This document shows positions 35,580 to 44,481 of a stretch of DNA of 52,457 bases, in pieces. Location of the stretch: NCBI GenBank assembly GCA_030672365.1, contig DAOVGM010000046.1, forward strand, positions 1-52,457, read 5' to 3'. The DNA comes from Methanomassiliicoccales archaeon (GTDB lineage Archaea; Thermoplasmatota; Thermoplasmata; SG8-5; JAGLSY01). The notes beneath the pieces were generated by a model. It was not told the origin of the DNA, did no database searches, and saw nothing but the letters and a program-made list of their open reading frames with translations. The position numbers and the translations under genes are program-made. The number at the start of each line of letters is the position of its first letter. Position 1 is the stretch's first letter.

Positions 35580-36146
35580 ATGTGGGGTGTTTTTATGCCT
35601 TTTGACGAGAAGACGGAACAGAAATTGAGAAAACAGATTTTGACGTACAAAATCAGCGAATTGATGACAGACCGAGAGCGAGCTAGATTACTGGGATTGC
35701 CTAAAGGCTGTCGCATCCGGGAGAACGCGAAGATAATATCTCCGGAGAACTTCGATTGCGGCAAGAACCTGTGGATAGGCGAAGGCGTGATTCTCGACGC
35801 CTCAGGCGGTCTGATGATTGGAGACAACACGCACATCGGTTCTTATTCAATGATATGGACGCACACGGCCAGGGAGCAGGCGCTGGCTGGTGAAACCGAA
35901 ATCTCTCGTGACAAAATAAAACGGGCTCCCACAAAAATCGGTGAGAATTGCTGGATAGGTGGGCCCAGCGTAATATATCCTGGTGTAACAATCGGAGACA
36001 GGGTGACGGTTCTTCCGATGTCCGTTGTTATCAAGGATGTTGCGGACGACGCGATTGTCGCTGGGAGCCCCGTCGGCAAGTTGAAAAACCTCGAGCAGAA
36101 GGTAAGCCAGCTCGAAGAAAGAATAAAGGAATTAGAGGACAAATAA
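35580..36146 (+). CDS. Hexapeptide-repeat O-acetyltransferase with C-terminal coiled coil
   Basis: The hexapeptide repeats are IGEGVILDASGGLMIGDNTHIGSYSMIW and IGENCWIGGPSVIYPGVTIGDRVTV. The tail is KNLEQKVSQLEERIKELEDK. An alternative ATG is at 35595. Confidence 0.75.
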   Translation: MWGVFMPFDEKTEQKLRKQILTYKISELMTDRERARLLGLPKGCRIRENAKIISPENFDCGKNLWIGEGVILDASGGLMIGDNTHIGSYSMIWTHTAREQALAGETEISRDKIKRAPTKIGENCWIGGPSVIYPGVTIGDRVTVLPMSVVIKDVADDAIVAGSPVGKLKNLEQKVSQLEERIKELEDK

Positions 36147-36157
36147 TCGGTGATATT

Positions 36158-36456
36158 ATGACAAAAGTGGCTTTGATTACAGGTGCAAACGGTGGAATCG
36201 GAAGCGCCACGGCATTCGCATTGGAAAAAAAGCTCTCGACATAATCTTTTCAGATTTTTTTGACGAATCAGAAATCACCAATGACAATCTAAAAATAATA
36301 TTCGTCAAGCAGAACAAAGACAATCATCGTCTTGAAAAAGCGACTATTTTTGATATTTCCTCAAAGAAATATACTAAAAAAAGGACAGATATCGAAATAA
36401 AATTAATGAAATTTCTTATAAGCACCAAAGCAAGATTTTACCCATTATCTGGCTAA
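36158..36456 (+). pseudogene. Truncated, frameshifted short-chain dehydrogenase (SDR) remnant
   Basis: MTKVALITGANGGIGSATAFALEKK is an SDR Rossmann N-terminus. It stops at 36242-36244 just after an A7 run (36225-36231). Moving to the frame beginning at 36229 continues as ALDIIFSDFFDESE... to TAA 36454-36456. Even when joined, the product is only about 100 aa. Confidence 0.55.
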
Positions 36457-36480
36457 TTTTTCAAGGCCAAACATAAGGTT

Positions 36481-37998
36481 CTACCGCGGTTCGGCAGATG
36501 AACGCTTGCCAATTACCATTTTAGCCATGGTGAAGAAATCCTTTGATAAAATTTTAGAACCATAAAGGACTCCAATATACAAAGGAATTATAATCAAACC
36601 CAGAATATTTTCTTGAACATTGGCACAATGACTCAGGACAACGGTAATTCCAAGGAAGATGAAGAAAATCATCAGTCCAATCCAGATTCTTCTGATCTTC
36701 AAACGGATTTTCAGACACGGTTTCAGGTAAAGAAACGTCAAAAATATGCTGGCTATAAAATTACCGCCCAGAGCGAGGGCAGCTCCGTTCAAGCCACCGA
36801 TGTTGAAACCCCATAGAGCAAGACCGGTCATCGGAATCAAAGCAATCGCAATTCCGATATTCGTGACTGTTCTTGCAACGGAAATCTTCAAAGGTATGTC
36901 CGCCCGCCCGGCGGAGGCGAATATGGCACCCACTGGTACTATTACACCGAACGGCACTCCGGCGACAGCCATAATTTTTAAGGGATTCACCGCCAACAGA
37001 AAGGCTTCTTTTCCTGGAAATATTAACGTTATTATATCATCAATATAGAATATCAAAAAAAGGCAACCCAGTGACATCAGGATGAAGGAAAATCTCATAA
37101 TCAATTTCATCATTTTCACAACCAGGGCTTTCCTTTTTTTGGCGAAATGGGTTGAAAACGCGGGATATGTGACTTTCTGAATTGCTTGCGGAACCATTAT
37201 CATGAAGTTGAAGAACATAAGCGCAGCCGCGTAAATTCCGACATCGGTATCAGTCAGATAAAAACCGATGAGTAGGGTAGCAGCCTGAGCATTCAGCAAA
37301 CTAACACTGCTGGCAAAATACAATTTTCCTCCAAATCCAACAAGACGCCTCGTATATTTCTTGAAATTTTTGAATCGGAAACGGAAATATTTTTTATGGA
37401 TTGTCAACATGGTTACAGTAACAGACAAAGGCGATAAGACCAAAGCCACAACGGCGCCCTCAATCCCCATACCCATCCATATGAAAACGAGAGTAAAAAC
37501 GAGAACCAAGCCCCGTCTGAACATCTCCAATAGTGCGTAATTCCTCATTTTTCTCAGGGCGTTCAGAGTGCCCGAGAACACCTCATTAATCACAATGAAC
37601 GGGAATGAAAATGACACGATTCTTAAAAGGTGACCCAGATCAGGAATGTTGAAGATATCTTCTACAAAAGGAGATAGCAAATAAAGGACCGCGGTCGCAA
37701 AAAGACCGATTAAACAACCTGACAACATGGCTGATGAGACCAGACTGTTCCAGATTCGCGGCCTGTCCTTGTACTGGGCAACATATTTTATGACTGCCAG
37801 CGGGATACCTAATCCTGCGGTTAGAGCGGCGATTGTCCAGATGGTCAAAACCATCGAGTAAGCACCGAGACCACTCGCATCGAAATAATTACCAAGGAGA
37901 ACTCCCAGTATGAATCCGACGCCCATCATTGCAGCCAAACTTGTCGTGGCCCATCCCACGTCGAACGTAAACTTCCTCGCATTCTCGACCTCGCTCAT
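36481..37998 (-). CDS. Polysaccharide/oligosaccharide flippase (Wzx-like, MOP superfamily)
   Basis: The 505-aa protein has about 12-14 hydrophobic helices. Its layout is typical of polysaccharide biosynthesis flippases, and it sits in a glycan-cluster context. Confidence 0.75.
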   Translation of the reverse strand: MSEVENARKFTFDVGWATTSLAAMMGVGFILGVLLGNYFDASGLGAYSMVLTIWTIAALTAGLGIPLAVIKYVAQYKDRPRIWNSLVSSAMLSGCLIGLFATAVLYLLSPFVEDIFNIPDLGHLLRIVSFSFPFIVINEVFSGTLNALRKMRNYALLEMFRRGLVLVFTLVFIWMGMGIEGAVVALVLSPLSVTVTMLTIHKKYFRFRFKNFKKYTRRLVGFGGKLYFASSVSLLNAQAATLLIGFYLTDTDVGIYAAALMFFNFMIMVPQAIQKVTYPAFSTHFAKKRKALVVKMMKLIMRFSFILMSLGCLFLIFYIDDIITLIFPGKEAFLLAVNPLKIMAVAGVPFGVIVPVGAIFASAGRADIPLKISVARTVTNIGIAIALIPMTGLALWGFNIGGLNGAALALGGNFIASIFLTFLYLKPCLKIRLKIRRIWIGLMIFFIFLGITVVLSHCANVQENILGLIIIPLYIGVLYGSKILSKDFFTMAKMVIGKRSSAEPR

Positions 37999-38069
37999 AA
38001 GATTACCCGAAGTACTTGTAATTTTTATAACCTTGTGTCATTACCGTAGCTGAAGTGTGGAGAATTTCT

Positions 38070-39269
38070 ATGAGGATAATGATAATGAGCCAGTATTACC
38101 CACCCAATTACACGGCAGCCGGCACCCGTGTTTATGAAATGGCCAAATATTTCGCGGCCCGCGATGAAATCAGCCGCATCGACATCGTGGTTTGGAATCC
38201 ACTTTTCAACAGAAAAAAGCCGATACCCCAGCATCCGAAAGTTGAGGTTCACGAAATACAGATAGGCAAACACAGCCAGCTTCTCCTCAAATATCAAGAC
38301 CCGAATCCGATATATGCCTCGGTCTGGCTGGGGCTGACCGCAAAATTCTGCAAGGAAAAAAATCCGGATATCGTGATTTTCTCAACGCCGCCGGGTGTGA
38401 TGCTGGCCGGCACCGTCTGGTGCCGCATTTCCGGAATCAAATATGCCATCGATTACAGAGACAATTGGGTGGCGGTCAACGAAAACATAATCGGGCAACA
38501 CGGCATCGTCGCCCGAATCGTCGCAACTCCGTTGCACCGGCTCTCACATCTCATCGCCAAATGCGCCAATAAAAGAGCGGCATTTATCTCGACTGTTCAT
38601 CACAGCATCACTGACTTTCTTGGTGTTGACCGGAAGAGGATAGTCGAAGTCCGCAACGGAATCGACGTCAACAAGGTGAAACGGGTCAAGCCAGACGATT
38701 CAAACTGGTTTGGCAAGGACAGCAAATACATAGCTTATGTCGGCAACCTTTCGACCCCTTATTATTCGCCTGAGATTCTCATCCCCGCGCTTCGGAAGAA
38801 CCGGAATTATAAACTGCTCGTGTTCTCGACGAGCAGTAGCTTGCGCTTCATCAGAGCAGTAAAAAAAGCGGGTTTGAAATCACAGATATCAATAATAGAG
38901 GCCGAGCGTGACAAACTTCTCTCCGTTCTGAAAAGATGCGATGCCGGTTTGTTAATATTCCAGAAGAACGACCCCCAAGGCAGCTATGCCATTCCCTCAA
39001 AATTCTACGATTATATCAGCTGCGGTCTGCCGGTTCTGGTCGTCGCCGACAGAACTTCGTACGTTCACAGGTTCATCAAAAAGCATGGGAACGGCATTGC
39101 TTTGGACTGGTCGGAAAAAAAGAGAATATACAAAACGCTGGCTGCCCTTTTAGACAACCCTGATTATAGAAAAAATGCGGCTAAAATCGTGCCGATGGTC
39201 TTGGAAACATTCGATAGGGAACGGCAGATCTCCCGTTTTCTGAAAAAACTGTGGGAAATCCACGGCTAA
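38070..39269 (+). CDS. Glycosyltransferase, GT-B fold (GT4-like)
   Basis: I prefer ATG 38070. MRIMIMSQYYPPNYTAAGTRVYEMAKYF is a typical GT4 N-terminus. The C-terminal nucleotide-sugar half includes IPSKFYDYISCGLPVLV. Confidence 0.75.
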   Translation: MRIMIMSQYYPPNYTAAGTRVYEMAKYFAARDEISRIDIVVWNPLFNRKKPIPQHPKVEVHEIQIGKHSQLLLKYQDPNPIYASVWLGLTAKFCKEKNPDIVIFSTPPGVMLAGTVWCRISGIKYAIDYRDNWVAVNENIIGQHGIVARIVATPLHRLSHLIAKCANKRAAFISTVHHSITDFLGVDRKRIVEVRNGIDVNKVKRVKPDDSNWFGKDSKYIAYVGNLSTPYYSPEILIPALRKNRNYKLLVFSTSSSLRFIRAVKKAGLKSQISIIEAERDKLLSVLKRCDAGLLIFQKNDPQGSYAIPSKFYDYISCGLPVLVVADRTSYVHRFIKKHGNGIALDWSEKKRIYKTLAALLDNPDYRKNAAKIVPMVLETFDRERQISRFLKKLWEIHG

Positions 39270-41152
39270 CCGACATATTTGTATATCTGGCAATCGGGCG
39301 AATCGAATATTTTTATGTAGTCATCCCCAGCGATTTTGTTTTTCAGAAAGTCAATATAAACCGTGTTTTCGTGGTACCACAGAGAGAAATATTCGTCTGA
39401 GGAGCAATAGATAATATAAAGGTCACGGCCCGAATCTTCGAAAAAATCTACCTCGGAATATGAAATTCGACGGTAGTTTTCAACATACTGGCCCCGATCT
39501 ACTGGATTGCCCCCCAATATGACCGACCCAATAGGCATGTTGTCGAATACGAACTCCGCCCCGCCGACCTGTGACGGCGGAGTGTAGTCAATCTTCTCGT
39601 TGCCATACATTGTCAGGATATGAAGAGGAACAGCGATGAATGAAAATACAAGCACAATTGCCAGAAATTTTTTCTTATCCAGGCCGAGCGAAATCAGAAC
39701 AGCCAACGGCAGTCCGCAGAACAAGAACGCTCGCTGGACAATTTCGACCTCGTAATAGAAGAGGAATATCGGGACTATGGCGGAAAGAATTATGATGTAC
39801 AACATTCTGTTATTTCTTTTGTCCCGAGCCAGCTTTCCACCCCAAATGGCCAATATTGCGATGGTGAGGGAAAACACCATTCGAATCAACACAAGGTTGC
39901 CGTGAGCATCGGAGCCAGAATAGAGTTTATTGATATATGCGGATGCCAGTGCAGGTAGAAGGCTCAGATCGATTCCCCAGTTCGCATATCTGACCCAGTT
40001 CCCCGCGAACGAGAACCAGAAAATCAAACCGCCGATGCCAATTGCGGCCAGCAATCCAAGTATGCGCCTGCTGACCACAAGAGATTTAATTCTCTTTTTC
40101 AGGACCTTATGCCAGTAAGCTTTCCAGAATTTCTTTTTGACAAGCCATTTGAGCCTGAATTTCTTTTTCCTTCGTTTTCTGCGGGCTTTGGGCTTTGGCC
40201 AAAATATTTGATACAGGACAAACAACCCTAGGAAAAGGCAAGCCACAAAAGCCGTCAAAAGGTGAGTTAGTATAAGGACGATGACCATTAATCCCAGCAA
40301 AATCAACATCTTGAGGTTTTCTTTTTTAAGGTAGAAAACGACGAGGTAGATGACGAACAGCAACAGTAAAAATCCGAACAGCTGGGGTGCGAAGTGGAAC
40401 TGATTTTCCCAGGTGACTAGAAAAAATAAAATAATTCCGATGAAGCGTATTCTGTTGTCCTTGAAAAACCTGAAGAAAAACAGTATTATAACAGAGAATA
40501 TTATCATGTCCAGTATCAAGGGGAATATAAGGGGAAAGGTCACTGGGTCGATGCCCGTAATCTGTACGGTCTGGGCGGAGAAGATGAACGGAAGCGGCCA
40601 GTTGTGATAATGTGTGAGACTTTGAGAGATGTGCCCCGTTCTGACGATGTAATCCACGTACCCGTATTTCGACCAGCTGTGGGGCGACCTGGCATAACCT
40701 TCAATAATAGATGGTGTGAACAATAAGAACACCATGAGGAGGAATGACTGGAAAAGCAGTGCCTTCATCAGATATCCCTCTCCACAATTCTTGGCAATGA
40801 AAATCGTGAAGAACATGGAGGTCAGCAGAACATAAACGGCCAGGTAATAAGTAAAAGGCAGAACCGAAAAAATCCCGTACTCCTCTATCGCAACTCCCTT
40901 AGCCTGGATCAGGGAGATTGCCCATATGAGCAGCGATATGGAGGGCATCAAATAAATCACATATTTGTCATACCTGGTGCTCAATTTAGACAAAGCACCG
41001 GTACTGCTCCGCCAAGTGCCTACGTTTTCAGTGGCTGTATTCATTAAGCCAATTATAATGCCATGAGATATAAAGTTTAGCCATTTCTGGTCATTTATCA
41101 GATTTGGAAAAAGTGGACAGTACATAACCGAGCACGACCGCCGCCATGACAA
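39266..41152 (-). CDS. Large polytopic membrane protein (possible GT-C / polymerase-like or DUF2206-like), start uncertain
   Basis: There are more than 12 hydrophobic helices, a polybasic loop PKPKARRKRRKKKFRLKWLVKKKFWKAYWHKVLKKRIK, and a soluble C-terminal domain of about 120 aa. I saw no WWDxG motif. Confidence 0.6.
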   Translation of the reverse strand: MSWRRSCSVMYCPLFPNLINDQKWLNFISHGIIIGLMNTATENVGTWRSSTGALSKLSTRYDKYVIYLMPSISLLIWAISLIQAKGVAIEEYGIFSVLPFTYYLAVYVLLTSMFFTIFIAKNCGEGYLMKALLFQSFLLMVFLLFTPSIIEGYARSPHSWSKYGYVDYIVRTGHISQSLTHYHNWPLPFIFSAQTVQITGIDPVTFPLIFPLILDMIIFSVIILFFFRFFKDNRIRFIGIILFFLVTWENQFHFAPQLFGFLLLLFVIYLVVFYLKKENLKMLILLGLMVIVLILTHLLTAFVACLFLGLFVLYQIFWPKPKARRKRRKKKFRLKWLVKKKFWKAYWHKVLKKRIKSLVVSRRILGLLAAIGIGGLIFWFSFAGNWVRYANWGIDLSLLPALASAYINKLYSGSDAHGNLVLIRMVFSLTIAILAIWGGKLARDKRNNRMLYIIILSAIVPIFLFYYEVEIVQRAFLFCGLPLAVLISLGLDKKKFLAIVLVFSFIAVPLHILTMYGNEKIDYTPPSQVGGAEFVFDNMPIGSVILGGNPVDRGQYVENYRRISYSEVDFFEDSGRDLYIIYCSSDEYFSLWYHENTVYIDFLKNKIAGDDYIKIFDSPDCQIYKYVG

Positions 41153-41171
41153 AATCGTTTCTGGCGGATAT

Positions 41172-42113
41172 TCAACGGCTAGTCAGTTTGAATTTCCCAT
41201 ATCCGAACATCACCACTGCCAGCACAAAACCTGTCATAGCGTACATCCTGATTTTATCTACCAGTCCGCAGGTGTTATGGGGTTTGTGAAGGTTCGAAAA
41301 CAAACCTGCTAGATAATTCTGCTCGGTCGAGAGGGCAGCCTCGCCTTCTTTCTTCGGGAATCGGTTCTCTATGTAGCCCTTCGAGTAGCCCTCCCAGTAG
41401 GCTCGGTCCAGCAGGTTTTTGAAGACCACACGGTAAGGGTAGACCTTGTGGTTGATGGCCACTTCCGGCGAATGCACAATCAGGTAGCCAGCCTTCCTGA
41501 ACTTAAGGCAAAGGTGCCTCTCCTCGCCCACCAATCCGGTTTTCGTCACCCATTTTCCCTTGATCTTCTTCCACTTCTGGACGGCGCCCAACTTGGTGTG
41601 GAATCCGCCCAATCCAACCAGAATTTCGCGCCTGAAAGCCATGTTCGTGCCGAAGGCGGTGTCGACAAAGGCCCCGTCCTCGATGTCGGAATAGGTGCAG
41701 CTTATCATCCAGTTCAATTCCTTGGGAAACCACTTCTGCTCCTCGCCCAGCCATTCGGGGAAAATCGGGCCAGTGCAAGCCCCGATTTTCGGGTCGCCGG
41801 AAAGCGCGGAGCGTATGCCTTCCACCCATCCATCGCACGCGGTTGCATCGTCGTCAATAAATGCGACGATATCGCCTTTTGCATGTTTGACACCGAGATT
41901 CCTGGCTCTAGACAGCCCTTTTTTGTCGCTGACAACGATCCTAATAGCATCGCCGAAGTGTTCTCTCAGAATGGCTACCAGTTCCGCATTCCTGTCAATA
42001 ACTACTAAAATTTCGGAGTCGGAATCTTTCTGTCCCAGTATGGAATTGACGGACTGGAATGTGTCTTCTATCCTGTCCATTCCATAAGTGGAAATAATGA
42101 CCGAAATACGCAT
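41172..42113 (-). CDS. Glycosyltransferase family 2
   Basis: I prefer ATG 42113. The motifs are MRISVIISTYG...ILVVIDRN...VAFIDDDA (DxD). Confidence 0.8.
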   Translation of the reverse strand: MRISVIISTYGMDRIEDTFQSVNSILGQKDSDSEILVVIDRNAELVAILREHFGDAIRIVVSDKKGLSRARNLGVKHAKGDIVAFIDDDATACDGWVEGIRSALSGDPKIGACTGPIFPEWLGEEQKWFPKELNWMISCTYSDIEDGAFVDTAFGTNMAFRREILVGLGGFHTKLGAVQKWKKIKGKWVTKTGLVGEERHLCLKFRKAGYLIVHSPEVAINHKVYPYRVVFKNLLDRAYWEGYSKGYIENRFPKKEGEAALSTEQNYLAGLFSNLHKPHNTCGLVDKIRMYAMTGFVLAVVMFGYGKFKLTSR

Positions 42114-42199
42114 CAGATAGGCGAGATGTTTTCCATATAAAAGATATTCGTCGCCATAATAAAATCTATATACTGTCACCATTTCGTGCCATTGATATC

Positions 42200-43144
42200 A
42201 TGAAATATCTAGTAACCGGAGGAGCGGGATTCATCGGCAGCCATCTCGTCGACAGGCTTGTGGAGGTGGGAGAGGTCGTCGTGTTCGACAACCTCTCCAG
42301 CGGAAAGGAAAAATTCATCCAGCATCATTTTGGAAAAGACAATTTCGAATTCATCAACGCGGACCTTCTCGATAAAGATGCCGTGCAGGCTGCCATGGCA
42401 GGAGTGGACATGGTCTACCACATCGCCGCCAACCCCGACATTCGCTACGGAATTGAGTACACCGATGTGGACCTGAAGCAGGGCACGATCGCCACTTACA
42501 ACGTTCTCGAATCAATGAGACTGGCCGGCATCGGGAAAATCGCGTTTTCGTCCAGCTCGACAATATACGGCGAGCCCACCGAAGTGCCTGTGCCGGAGGA
42601 CTACGGCCCGTCGCTCCCGATTTCGCTCTACGGCGCTTCGAAACTGGCCGGAGAAGGCCTGATTTCCAGCTTTGCCAGCACATTCGACATGCAGGTCTGG
42701 ATTTACCGCTTTGCCAACATCATCGGCTCCCGCGGGACGCACGGCGTGATATTCGATTTCATCGAGAAGTTGAAGAAAAACCCGGCCGAACTGGAGATAT
42801 TGGGCGACGGCAGCCAGAGTAAGTCCTACCTGTTGGTACAGGAGTGCGTTGATGCCATGATTTTCGGCGTTGAAAATGCCGACGAAAATGTCAATGTTTT
42901 CAACCTGGGCTGCGATGACTGGATAAATGTTTCGAGGATAGCCGAGGTTCTGGTCGAGGAACTGCCGCTGGACGATGTGAAATTCAATTATACCGGCGGA
43001 GACCGCGGCTGGAAGGGCGATGTTCCGAAAATAGTGCTCAGCGCGGCGAAAATCAACACTCTCGGGTGGAAGGCCGGACATAATTCGGAAGAAGCGATGC
43101 GGAAGGCCGTCAAGGTCTCGATCGCCGAATACTGGAACCAATGA
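42200..43144 (+). CDS. NAD-dependent sugar epimerase/dehydratase (UDP-glucose 4-epimerase-like)
   Basis: [20 protein letters not shown] is the Rossmann motif and YGASKLAGE the YxxxK motif. Confidence 0.85.
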   Translation: MKYLVTGGAGFIGSHLVDRLVEVGEVVVFDNLSSGKEKFIQHHFGKDNFEFINADLLDKDAVQAAMAGVDMVYHIAANPDIRYGIEYTDVDLKQGTIATYNVLESMRLAGIGKIAFSSSSTIYGEPTEVPVPEDYGPSLPISLYGASKLAGEGLISSFASTFDMQVWIYRFANIIGSRGTHGVIFDFIEKLKKNPAELEILGDGSQSKSYLLVQECVDAMIFGVENADENVNVFNLGCDDWINVSRIAEVLVEELPLDDVKFNYTGGDRGWKGDVPKIVLSAAKINTLGWKAGHNSEEAMRKAVKVSIAEYWNQ

Positions 43145-43536
43145 TTATCATGAATCCTGACATCTCGATTTCCTTCCCGATACACCCCACCGAGGAAATT
43201 GAAAAATTGAAGACCGCGATTGTCAACATATTTCCCGATGCCAGCGTCTCGGAAACAGAAACTACGATTCAGGCAAAGGCAGCCGACCTTTCCCACTTCA
43301 CCGAGCGCCTGAAGAACCAGCAGATCCGCGACACTGCCAGAAGCATCTTTCTCAGGACTTCAGACGAAGGCAAAATCACGTTCCACTTGAACAAGCAGGC
43401 GGCGACAGTCGACCGCGTTAATTTTACCGATGGAAATTCGGTCCTCGGAGACATCCTGGTCGAGATATCCGGCCCAGACATTTCCGAGGTCATCGAATTC
43501 CTGACATCCAAAAACTCGGGAGGTGATGCAGAATGA
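43141..43536 (+). CDS. UPF0201 / COG1931-like small archaeal protein (predicted RNA-binding)
   Basis: The pattern is PIHPTEEIEKLKTAIVNIFPDA ... LKNQQIRDTARSIF ... FHLNKQAA ... LGDILVEI, as I remember for the family. There are ATGA overlaps at both ends. Confidence 0.55.
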   Translation: MIIMNPDISISFPIHPTEEIEKLKTAIVNIFPDASVSETETTIQAKAADLSHFTERLKNQQIRDTARSIFLRTSDEGKITFHLNKQAATVDRVNFTDGNSVLGDILVEISGPDISEVIEFLTSKNSGGDAE

Positions 43537-44306
43537 TAGGAATTTCGAGCCCAGCGTTCTCCGTCGTGCCGTTCAAAGACGCCTTCGAAGAGATTAGCCA
43601 GCATTTTGATTTGTGGGAGATTCTCTCGGACGCGGACCACGCCCTGCCGTCGATTCGGGACGAGGTTCAAACAGCAATCGAAACCACTGGCATGAAATTC
43701 CAGGTACACGCCCCTTTCAGCGACATCAACCTCGCCGCGCTCGATGCCGGCACAAGAAGGCACGCGATCGACACCACACTGGATGTGATCCGGATTGCGG
43801 ACGAGCTCGAAATGGAGGTAGTGACCATGCATCCGGGCTACATACTGGCCATGGGGTATTACGACAAGCCGCGGGTGCCGAAGCTCACCCGCGAGAGCCT
43901 CAAGATAATTGACAGGGTGGCTGGGGAATTATCAATCCCTGTCGCTCTGGAAAACATGCCGAGCCAGAAGTATTCGTTGTGCCTGGCCGCGGCTCAAATG
44001 GTGGAAATGCTGGACGGCCTCGAACTGGGCATTTGCTTCGACGTGGGGCACGCGAACCTCAACAGCCAGATGGTCGAATTTTTGGAATTGAAGGAGCGCT
44101 TTGTGAACGTCCACCTTCACGACAACATCGGCGAGAAGGACAAGCATATGACCCTGGGCGAAGGGAACATCGATTTCGGAAAAGTCCTGGGCCAGCTGTC
44201 CGGATACCATGGCAATTATATAATCGAATCGAGAGACTTGGCCAGTGGGGTCGAGAGCAAGGCGTATTTGGAGAACCTTGCTTCATCTCATCAGCTTTCT
44301 TTGTAA
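43533..44306 (+). CDS. Xylose isomerase-like TIM-barrel protein (sugar phosphate isomerase/epimerase)
   Basis: The metal-ligand pattern is VVTMHPG, ALENM, FDVGHANL, VHLHDN. Confidence 0.8.
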   Translation: MIGISSPAFSVVPFKDAFEEISQHFDLWEILSDADHALPSIRDEVQTAIETTGMKFQVHAPFSDINLAALDAGTRRHAIDTTLDVIRIADELEMEVVTMHPGYILAMGYYDKPRVPKLTRESLKIIDRVAGELSIPVALENMPSQKYSLCLAAAQMVEMLDGLELGICFDVGHANLNSQMVEFLELKERFVNVHLHDNIGEKDKHMTLGEGNIDFGKVLGQLSGYHGNYIIESRDLASGVESKAYLENLASSHQLSL

Positions 44307-44481
44307 ACTACCAGGCCCTAAAGGACCTGGCGTTAACGCAGGAATATGAACCTGCTAGATTCAGGCCTGGAAGTTCACTTTCAGGCAGCCGTATGCTCGA
44401 TTACTCAAAACCAGAAGTTATTGGCTTTGAGTTTCGATGCATGATTATCGATGAGCATACGGCGGTATCCTCACGTTGAAA

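Noticed and set aside
35948-36244. A 98-aa track ORF spans the 3' end of the acetyltransferase gene.
   Set aside because: Its first ~70 codons are an out-of-frame reading of the acetyltransferase gene. Only the last 28 codons (from ATG 36158) look like real SDR-derived sequence.
27480-42190. I considered calling the glycan island a mobile element or prophage.
   Set aside because: No integrase, transposase, tRNA target, direct-repeat boundaries or phage genes are visible. The only evidence is compositional and gene-content.
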